Source: Squalus acanthias (taxonomy: Eukaryota). Taken from it: a DNA stretch of 64,000 bases. The stretch covers positions 138,012,001 through 138,076,000 of the forward strand of contig CM059429.1 of NCBI GenBank assembly GCA_030390025.1, read 5' to 3'. Below, in pieces: positions 1-10,000 of the stretch; position 1 is the stretch's first letter, and each line of letters opens with the position of its first letter. Made by a program: the position numbers and the translations under genes. The notes under the pieces are model-generated. The model did not search any database, had not been told where the DNA came from, and saw nothing but the letters and a program-made list of their open reading frames with translations.

Positions 1-1761
1 GCTAGGTAGAGGTCGGTTCGCCAAACAACAACAGCACCACCCTTGTCAGCAGGTTTAATGACAATGTCGGGGTTGGATCGGAGAGAATGGAGTGCTGCAA
101 GTTCAGAGGGAGGTAGGTTGGAGTGAGTGAGGGGAGCAGAGAAATGGAGACGGCCAATGTCACGGCGGCAGTTAGCAATGAAAAGATCTAGAGAGGGTAA
201 GAGGCCAGAGGGAGGGGTCCAGGTGAACGAGAATTCTGAAAGCGGGAGAAAGGGTCAGCCGTGCAGGGGGAAGACTCCTGGCCAAAGAAGTGGGCACAGA
301 GACGAAGGCAGCGGAAAAAGAGCTCAGCATCGTGCCAAGCTCGAAATTCATTGAGGTGGGGGCGTAAGGGGATAAAGCTCAGGCCTTTGCTGAGGACTGA
401 TTGTTCGGGGTCAGAGAGGGGAAGGTCAGAGGGGATAGTGAAAATGCGGCAGGGGGTGAGATTGGGAGAAGGGGGGTCAGAGGAAAGTGAAGGGGAAGAA
501 GGTTCCGGAGGGGCGTTGGTGTTCAAGAGTTGATGAAGCTTGCGATCCTTGACATCGGAAAGGAAGAAGAAAAGGTTTTTGTTGAAGCGTCGGATGAGTC
601 TAAGGATGAAATGGAATTGTGGACCCGGACAGCTTTGAGATAGAGTGCGTCGGTGCTGCTGAAGAGAGAGGTCGAGAGTGTTCATGTGGCGCCGCATGGC
701 GTTGAGCGTGGATCTCAAGATGCGGCGAGAGCAGTAGTTCGAGGAACGATGAATATCTTGGAGATATTTGTAATCCTGGGTGGATCCGAAACACGAAGGG
801 TGGAAGTTTAGTTGGAATCCACGTGGGATAAGTCGGAACCGGAGACAGTTGCTGAGGAAAATTATGTGGCTGTGAAACCGAGTCTTGGCAGATACCTGAT
901 CAAACACGAGAAGGAAACTGAAAGCAATGAAGATGAACAAGGTTGAAGAGCCAAACGGAGATCCCGTCGAAGAGAAGAGCAGAACTTCTTCAAGGTGGGC
1001 ATTCCTAGAAGAGAGGTGGCAGTGAACCAAACACTAATACGATAGCAAAATACTGCGGATGCTGGAAAATTGAAACAACAACAGAAAACGCTGGAAAAAC
1101 TCAGCAGGCCAGGCAACATCCGTGGAGAGAGAAACAGAGTTAACGTTTCAGGTTGAAGACCCTTCGTCAGAACTGAGAAGAAAGCAGGAAATGAAACAGA
1201 TAAAAAAGCAAGGGGGAGGCTGGGGGGAGGAATAACTATGGTAAGTAGAGACATTAAGAGATGCTCAAGGCAAGACGAGATGGTAATGGGACAGGTTAAG
1301 AAACAAAAGGTGGTAGAAGTGTGAAGTGTGAAATGCTGGCAGAATGAGAGACAGCTGCCGTAGGGGGAGAGAGAGAAAAAACAGGGAAAAAGGCACGAAC
1401 CAAAAGGGTGGATAAAATGTGTGGTAGGGGCCGAGGTTATGATCTGAAATTGTTGAACTCGATATTGAGTCCGGAAGGCTGTAAAGTGCCTAATCGGAAG
1501 ATGAGGTGTTGTTCCTCGAGCTTACGCTGAGCTTCCGTGGAACAATGCACGAGGCCGAGGACGGTGAGGTCTGAGTGGGCGTGGAGAGGTGAATTAAAAT
1601 GACAAGCGACTGGAAGCTCAGGGTCACCCTTACGGACTGAATGGAGGTGTTCCGCAAAGCGGTCACCCAATCTGCGTTTGGTCTCCCCAATGTAGAGCGT
1701 TAAGCTCGAGGAACAGCACCTCATCTTCCGATTAGGCACTTTACAGCCTTCCGGACTCAAT
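1..1761 (-). mobile_element. Neptune-type Penelope-like element (family B), 5' portion with tandem and inverted pLTR
   Basis: Minus strand reads GIY-YIG C-terminus (YIGETKRRLGDRFAEH...FRLGTLQPSGLN), then pLTR with hammerhead, then ORF start 1030-188 continuing after a frameshift to [12 protein letters not shown] near base 30. 1697-1761 is an inverted copy of 1464-1527. Confidence 0.88.
1138..1174 (-). ncRNA. Minimal hammerhead ribozyme motif (family B)
   Basis: Minus strand AGUU-CUGACGA-A-GGGU-cuuca-ACCU-GAAA-CG-UU-AACU. Confidence 0.7.
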
Positions 1762-2572
1762 GGGGGGGAGAGAGAGAGAATATGGGGGGGGGGGATAGAG
1801 AGAGAATATGTGGGGAGAGAGAGAATATGGGGGGAGAGAGAGAATATGGGGGGGGGGAGAGAGAGAATATGGGGGGGAGAGAGAGAATATGGGGGGAGAG
1901 AGAGAGAATATGGGGGGGAGAGAGAGAGAATATGGGGGGAGAGAGAGAGAGAATATGGGGGGGAGAGAGAGAGAGAATATGGGGGGGAGAGAGAGAGAGA
2001 ATATGGGGGGGAGAGAGAGAGAGAATATGGGGGGGGAGAGAGAGAGAGAATATGGGGGGGGGGAGAGAGAGAGAGAATATGGGGGGGAGAGAGAGAGAGA
2101 ATATGGGGGGGGGGGAGAGACAGAGAGAATATGGGGGGGGTGAGACAGAGAGAATATGGGAGGGGGAGAGAGAATATGGGGGGGAGAGAGAGAGAGAGAG
2201 AGAATATGGGGGGGAGAGAGAGAGAGAGAATATGGGGGGGAGAGAGAGAGAGAATATGGGGGGGGAGAGAGAGAGAGAATATGGGGGGGGAGAGACAGAG
2301 AGAATATTGGGGGGGGCGAGACAGAGAGAATATGGGAGGGGGAGAGAGAATATGGGGGGGAGAGAGAGAGAGAGAGAGAATATGGGGGAGAGAGAGAATA
2401 TGTGAGAGAGAGAGAGAGAGAATATGGGGGAGAGAGAGAATATGGGGGAGAGAGAATATGGGGGGAGAGAGAGAGAGAGAGAATATGGGGGGAGAGAGAG
2501 AGAGACAGAATATGGGGAGAGAGAGAGAGAGAGAATATGGGGGGAGAGAGAATATGGGGGGGAGAGAGAGAA
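1762..2572. repeat. G/purine-rich minisatellite, unit ~(GA)nAATAT(G)5-10
   Basis: Tandem copies visible up to the gap. Confidence 0.95.
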
Positions 2573-3072
2573 NNNNNNNNNNNNNNNNNNNNNNNNNNNN
2601 NNNNNNNNNNNNNNNNNNNNNNNNNNNNNNNNNNNNNNNNNNNNNNNNNNNNNNNNNNNNNNNNNNNNNNNNNNNNNNNNNNNNNNNNNNNNNNNNNNNN
2701 NNNNNNNNNNNNNNNNNNNNNNNNNNNNNNNNNNNNNNNNNNNNNNNNNNNNNNNNNNNNNNNNNNNNNNNNNNNNNNNNNNNNNNNNNNNNNNNNNNNN
2801 NNNNNNNNNNNNNNNNNNNNNNNNNNNNNNNNNNNNNNNNNNNNNNNNNNNNNNNNNNNNNNNNNNNNNNNNNNNNNNNNNNNNNNNNNNNNNNNNNNNN
2901 NNNNNNNNNNNNNNNNNNNNNNNNNNNNNNNNNNNNNNNNNNNNNNNNNNNNNNNNNNNNNNNNNNNNNNNNNNNNNNNNNNNNNNNNNNNNNNNNNNNN
3001 NNNNNNNNNNNNNNNNNNNNNNNNNNNNNNNNNNNNNNNNNNNNNNNNNNNNNNNNNNNNNNNNNNNNNNNN
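2573..3072. other. Assembly gap (500 N)
   Basis: Run of N. Confidence 1.
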
Positions 3073-3470
3073 TCCCCCCCCCACACAGACTGTTCATTCC
3101 CCCCCCACACAGACTGTTCATTCCCCCCCCACACAGACTGTTCATTCCCCCCCCACACAGACTGTTCATTCCCCCCCCCACAGACTGTTCATTCCCCCCC
3201 CACACAGACTGTTCATTCCCCCCCCACACAGACTGTTCATTCCCCCCCCACACAGACTGTTCATTCCCCCCCCACACAGACTGTTCATTCCCCCCCCACA
3301 CAGACTGTTCATTCCCCCCCCACACAGACTGTTCATTCCCCCCCCACACAGACTGTTCATTCCCCCCCCCACACAGACTGTTCATTCCCCCCCCACACAG
3401 ACTGTTCATTCCCCCCCCACACAGACTGTTCATTCCCCCCCCCCCCACACACACACACAAACTGTTCACT
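3073..3470. repeat. ~23-bp minisatellite (CCCCCCCACACAGACTGTTCATT)n
   Basis: About 16 near-identical tandem units, decaying into (CA)n. Confidence 0.95.
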
Positions 3471-3599
3471 CTCTTCCGCCACTGACTGCTGACATTGTTT
3501 CTCACACACACTCCCTCCCTTTCTAGATAGCCACTCCCTGTATTAATAAACATCCAGCACTTAGATTCTTCATTGACACTGGTACAGGTTCGATTCATA

Positions 3600-3957
3600 G
3601 CTGCTGCAATATTGTGACCCATTTACGTAAGAGCTCAAAATATAACGAGGACAAGCGTGACAACACAATTCACACGCAAAGGTCTTTTGCATTCCGTCTG
3701 CTGCTTGCATTACAGTTTTTCTTTAAATGAATCAGTTCCTGAATTTACATGAACTATACCCAGCACATTGAAGAAAGTATCTGGTTGATTTCTCCGAATG
3801 TTGAACATTGAAAATGTAATACTGGACTTAAACCGCTGCTGCGGTAGTGGTTTTAGCCTTTTTACTAGTACTTCTCCTGAAAACTGCAGTTGCCTGAGTT
3901 GTTAAACTTCCTTTGCAGCTGAATTCTGGTCAGACTGCCACACGAGCTCAGAGTGAG
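3600..3957 (+). promoter_or_regulatory. Candidate promoter / 5' UTR region
   Basis: Unique sequence upstream of the ATG with TTACGTAA palindrome (3623-3630), TGCGGT (3840-3845, RUNX-like) and AACTTCCTT (ETS-like, ~3905-3913). TTTGCAG ending at 3918 could instead be an acceptor for an upstream non-coding exon. Confidence 0.3.
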
Positions 3958-4033
3958 ATGGCGCTGCCCTGTTTTAAAGAGACATCTTCGAAGATCAGAA
4001 CATTTCTTACATTTTCTTTGCTTCTCTCATTCG
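3958..4033 (+). CDS. CD101: Coding exon 1, signal peptide ([25 protein letters not shown])
   Basis: GAGATGG start context, hydrophobic stretch, phase-1 donor G|GTGAGT that joins exon 2 to give D-LCTA-QRQV. Confidence 0.8.
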
Positions 4034-7000
4034 GTGAGTAATCAGCTGATTTATTATTCTTTATTTGCTGTGTGGACTAGGTGCTGCTAGCTTCTCTGTT
4101 GCAAAGCGTCACACCTAGCTCTAGCTAAATCTATTCCAGAATTACTGGCTCTAAAAGCCGCACCTTATTCAGAATTGCTCAACCAGAACTGATTAACCTG
4201 CAGCAATTGTAAATCAGCAAGTAGTAGCAGCAGAAAAGTGAAAGCCTCCTGTCATAGTTATTGTTTTATGCTTCAGAAGGAAAGGCTTGCATTTATATTG
4301 CACTTTTCATGACCTCAGGACGTCCCAAAGCACTTTACATTGAATGAAGTACTTTTGAAGTGTAGTACCTGTTGTACTGTCGGAAATGCACATAGCAAGA
4401 TCCCATAAACAGCGATGTGATAATGACCAGGGAATCAGTTTCAGTGATGTTGATTGAGGCATAAATATGGGCCAGGACACCAGGGAGAACTCCCTTGCTC
4501 TGCTGCGAAATAGTGCCACGAGGTCCTTTACTTCCACCTGAGAGAGCGCAGACATCTCATCCACCTCCGACAGTGCAGCGCTCTCTCAGAGTGTCAAATC
4601 TCTGGAGAGGGTTTTGAACCCACAACCTTCTGACTCAGAGGGGAGAGTGCTACCAACTGAGCCATTGGGAGAGACTATTTGGACCATCTTGTTCCAGTCG
4701 AGGCACCTTTCACATTCCAGAGCAAGTTGTGTAATAGATAATAGTGACCGTGCGGCACAGTGGCTACACAATCAAACATGTGCAATTGTAAATAAAAACA
4801 GAAAATGCTGGAAAATACTCAGCAGGTCAGGCTGCATCTGTGGAGAGAGAAACAAAGTTAACATTTCAGGTCGATGACCTTTCATTAAAAGTAGGTCGAT
4901 GACCTTTTGTCAATAATGCAATTATAATCTTTGACCTGAGATTTACCTGAGTCTGTACCCTGGCACACTAGAAAATCAGGCAGGTTCCCTTATATTAAGT
5001 ACTCCAACCTGCCTATTTGTTCCCATATTCAAGATGCCCAGCTGATCCAGTGCACCTTGGTACCAGACCCAGGAAAACCTTCCCTGAAAACTGGAGCAAA
5101 ACCTTCTGAAGTAAAAGCACCTTTAGACACGCTTGTTGCTTACCGTCATGTCATACATATCCAGCATAGCTCTTACTTACTGATTACTTACGAATTCGGC
5201 CTCGTTGAACCGGCAGTGAACCTACCATTGCAATCATTAACTGTCTTGTTTGAATATTACAGCACATTGGGTCACAAAGTGGACAGCAGCTGTCTGTCTG
5301 AACCAAAACTGGAAAAAGTTCTTACATAACATGAATATAATGAATATATGGAGAGTGATTTCAAGGCTGTGATAAGATCTTGGGGGTACTAAAGTTTCCG
5401 GTTTGCAGTTTGAAATCATTTAAATCCATCGATGCTCTGCGCCAGGAGAGCGAAGTTATAAAATTTACCATGTTATTAGCAAAAATATGTTATTTATTGA
5501 AGTAAGTTACTGATTGATCAAAGCAATGGTTGAAAGTAATTTTAAGGTAGTTATCTACAGACACGTTCAAAGAACTGGATATATTGTAATCTGATCATAG
5601 GCAGAGACAGTATCCCCGTCTTTACGGTGAGGCGGGGAGGGAGCGGCAGAGGCCAAAGGTGGCTGAAGAACCCCGCAGAGGCCCAGCCAAATTTAACGGC
5701 AGGAACTTGTTTTTTTTTCTTCCATTTCCCGCCCGGCAGCCGGCCAAATTGACAGGCTGACCTGGGGGGTGTGGGGGTTGGCGTGATCACGGGAGGGGAG
5801 CAGGCTGCAGATTGGGGCTTGGGGGGTGGGGTGGGGTGGTGAGGACCACGATGGCAGCAGGCGTGTAAGCGTCGGGTTGGAGTCGTGTTTCATAAGAACA
5901 TAAGAAATAGGAGCAGGAGTTGGCCATTTGGCCCTTCAAGCCTGCTCCGCTATTCAGTTAGATCATGGCTGATCTTCTACCTCATCTCCACTTTCCTGCA
6001 CTATCCCCATATCCCTTGATTCCCTTAGTATCCAAAAATCTATCGATCTCTGTCTTGAATATAATCAAAGACTGAGCATCCACAGCCCTCTGAGGTAGAG
6101 AATTCCAAAGATTCACCACCCTCTGAGTGAAGAAATTTCTCCTCATCTCAGTCCTAAATGGCTGACCCCTTATTCTGAGACTGTGACCCCTGGTTCTAGA
6201 CTCCCCAGCCAGGGGAAACATCCTCCCTGCATCTACCCTGTCAAGCCCTGTAAGAATGTTGTATGTTTCAATGAGATCACCTCTCATTCTTCTAAACTCT
6301 AGAGAATATAGGCCTAATCTACTCAATCTCTCCTCATAGGACAATCCCCCCCATCCCAGGAACCAGTCTGGTGAACCTTCGTTGCACTCCCTCTGTGGCA
6401 AGCCCCAAACTGCCTCAATCTATCAGTCTCAGACACTGATAATCAGCAATTCAATTAATGCTGATTTACTGTGGCATCCCTGAACTGCCTTGATAACCTC
6501 TGTTATTCAAATTGCTAGGTACTTAATTGGCTGTGAAGCTCTTTGGGATGTCCTGAGGTTATGAAAGGTGCTATATAAATTCAAGTTCTTTATTTCTTCC
6601 TTTCTTTTACACATATGGATGCATTTCATTATAGCTCAGTTTGTAGCATTCTCTCCTCTGAATGATGGTTGTGGTTTCAAGCTCCAAATCTTCAACACGT
6701 AATCTAAACTGATACTTCAGTAAAGATGATGTGGAGATGCCGGTGTTGGACTGGGGTGGACAAATGTGAGAAGTCGCACAACACCAGGTTATAGTGCTGG
6801 TGTTGTGCAACTTCACCTGATGAAGGAGCAGCGCTCCGAAAGCTTGTGATTTCAAATAAAACTGTTGGACTATAACCTGGTGTTGTGCGACTTCTCACAT
6901 TCAGTAAAGAAAGAAGAGAGTGCTGCATTATTGGAGGTGCTGTCTATTGGCTGAGACATTAAACTGAGGATCTGTCTACCTGTTCTACTGGTTCAGATGG

Positions 7001-10000
7001 ACATCGAAGATCTCACGGCATTATTTAAAGAAAGTCAAGGGCTTGGGCTGGTTGTCCGTGTCCTCGTCAAGTCTTTGTGCCGTAAATGTCCTGATGGATA
7101 ATTTGTGACAGAAATGCAGCTAATGGAGGTTCCATTTTAAAAGTCTCCTCTTCTGTTCATAAAGTCAAATATTTTTCAGATTAATAGCCACAATGTAAGC
7201 TTTAGGGCAAAATTTTCCAAGGCCCTGTGCTACCAGTGGACCCTTGCATGCAGCAGCTTCCTTACTGGACAATTGCTGGTGCACTCCCCATGACTTTTTG
7301 TCCATAGAAAACAATGGATGGAAAATTGTAGGCAGTGCCCTTCTGATTTTTTGCCAAACCATTTACTGGGTGTGCAGCATCTTGGAGAACTTTCCCCTCA
7401 ATATCAACTTCTATTTGTACCTTTGTAACAAAATCTCCAGGTGTTCACAAGCAACAGGAGTGCAGCTACAACTGACACGACTTTGCCACTTTGTTTTAAC
7501 TTTAATTGTTAAATGTACTCGTCAAGCTAATGATTGACAGTATGAGGAGTAGAATCACTTTTAAATCAGATCAAATGCTGCGCCTCAGCTGTATTAAGAC
7601 TCTCATGATGATGATTTCACCCCTGCCTTGGATTAGCAGAACAATTGAGAGAAATGCTATTCTGTAAAATCAAGTCTGTGCGTGCCCGCCCAGGGAAGGC
7701 AATTTAGGTCTAATCAATTAAAAATTGAATTTAACTCCATAAAGTCTTTGCATTCAGTATTTATTGCCTCCATATATAGGATGCCTCTGTGTGTATAATA
7801 TTTATCTTGAAAGCTTGTTTCAAGTAGGGAAAGATAAGGTCTAAGTGTAACTATGAAGACATCTGGCACTACAGTACAATATCGCTTATGACTGTCTGAA
7901 TGGTGTTGTTAATGCCAGTTTTGTTTACAATCTACTCCTAAAGTAAGGATATACTTTTCCACCATTTTTCCCTTTGTATATTTCCATCTGTGCCTGGTCA
8001 CTATGAGCATTTCAAACTTTTCTGTGACTTCAACCAATAAGAGAGATAGTGACAAATGCTACTGCCACTTCCTTTCCTAACCTTAACTGTCAACTCGGCC
8101 AATCTGCGCTTTCAGTAAGCAATTCCTGTTTCAGCAGCCTCCTTCGTACATTGGGTAATGCGTTGTTTCGTTCTGATCTAGTCACAAACAGTCCCTTCAG
8201 GTTTTGTAAACTCTGCATCTACGAGCAGTGTTGTCTAGCCACAAATACATTAAGACTCTCGTATGATGATCTCACCCCCGCCTTGGATCAGCAGAACAAT
8301 TGAAAGAAATGCTATACTGTAAAATCAAGTGTAATTCGATTAAGTTCAAAATCGGGCGCGGGGATCGTGATGCGTGATCTGCCCGCGTCTGTTGAAAGGA
8401 GTTCATGCAGCACGTAAAATTCATGCTGTCTGCTACTTTACATGATCGCAGCTCACAGCTCAGCGCTGAACTCGTTGCTGACAGGCTGTGCACTCAGCAG
8501 GGGGCCGAAGTTCACGATGTTCGCACGAGCCTGCGCCTCTTAAAAACAGTCTGCACCTCTTAAAGGTGAGCTGCCTTCTGGTGATGAAATGTGTTAAAAG
8601 TGCTTCGGCACAAACAGAAATGGCTCAACAGGCCTGGGAAAGGGCACCCAGGTTCTTGGAGGCAGCACTCGAGCTTTGTGCATGGGGTGAACACTCGAAG
8701 AGAGGTCCTCTACCCATAGGTGACCAGGAGGCCCTCCAGAAAGAATAATGTGGGACCAGATCGCCAAGGCAGTCACTGCCAGCAGTGTCGCCCCCCAGGA
8801 CGTGGCTCCGGTGCCCAAAGAGGTTTCATGACCTCAAACGAGTGGTCAAGGTCAGTGAATGCATCTTCAAAAGCCATATCCCACCACCTGCACTATCCTC
8901 ACACACTGCACGACCCCGCCTCCCCCATCACTCACCTACCAACAATCTCTACCAAACACGAGCCACACCTCACATTCCTAGCTTCACCTCACCCCCTTGG
9001 AAGAGACGGTGCAGGCCATTCATGGCAGGGGCATGGCTGAGCCCGTGGCCAGCGGGAGGGGGGGCTGAAAAATACAAGATACCGGTATCCTCATATGTTA
9101 TCTTCCTTCTCACATCCCACTTCCCCCTCATCCCACAATCTCTTCTGATTTACAAGCTGCACATGGTGTAAGCATGCACCTCTTGCTCTCCTCTCTCCCC
9201 TCACCACAACCCTACCCTTATGCCTTCCTCATTTCAGACACCCAAGAAATCCAGATTGCCCAGCCAATGGTTGAACAAGAAGAGGGAGAGTGAAGAAGAA
9301 CAAACACTGTCACTTAATTTGACACTCCCAACCACCAGCTCCTCAAAGTCATCCTGTAAGGCCATCTGCAGTGTCCCCCACGGAAAGTCAGCAGCCTTCC
9401 ACCAGCCATTCTGCAGTCACTGGGGTAGCACTGGGCAGGAGCACGAGGACAGGCAAAGGCACACGCAAGACAGTCACTAAGGGAATGCACAAGGGTGACT
9501 AGTTGATTTTTTGATGTAATATTGGATGCATATATGGATAAAGTTGGATTGGAAAGTTTGCTTTGTGGTGGCTTTTATTTCAGCGTTGAAGCCAAGAGGA
9601 CGCTGTAATGGTCAGTAACAGAGGGAAGGTAAGGTGTGGGAGAAATGTTGAAAGGGGAATTGGGGTTGTGTTCACAAATATCCAGATGGATGGTTCAATC
9701 CCGGAAACCCCGGCCAGAAAGAGGCTGTCTGGGTTGCCTCCTTCCTTCTGCTTCCTCCTCCTCTTCTCCTCCCTCCTCTTCCTCCTGCTCCTCCCTCTGT
9801 GAGCAGCATGTCCCTTTTGCTGCCTCTGCTCAATTTCCATGTCATGTCATGTCATTCCAGGATTTTGACCCAGCGACGATGAAGGAACGGCGATATATTT
9901 CCAAGTCAGGATGGTGTGTAATTTGGAGGGGAATTTACAGGTGATGGTGTTCCCATGCACCTACTGCCCTTGTCCTTCTAGGTGGAAGAGGTCGTGGGTT

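Larger units (their letters stand above)
6630..7050 (+). mobile_element. Decayed Deu-type SINE interrupted by a PLE-derived insertion
   Basis: tagctcagtttgtagca head; sequence resumes after 6901 with gtgctgcattattggaggtgc. Confidence 0.6.

Noticed and set aside
3073-3470. CRISPR-like regular repeats
   Set aside because: Head-to-tail units with no unique spacers, in a vertebrate context
1437-3622. Long ORFs (353-621 aa) on both strands
   Set aside because: They run through minisatellites and the N gap. Only the PLE endonuclease tail at 1437-1695 is real coding-derived sequence.
7593-8330. C/D box snoRNA pair (TGATGA within the duplicated 82-mer)
   Set aside because: No terminal CTGA D box (CTGT instead) and no clear closing stem
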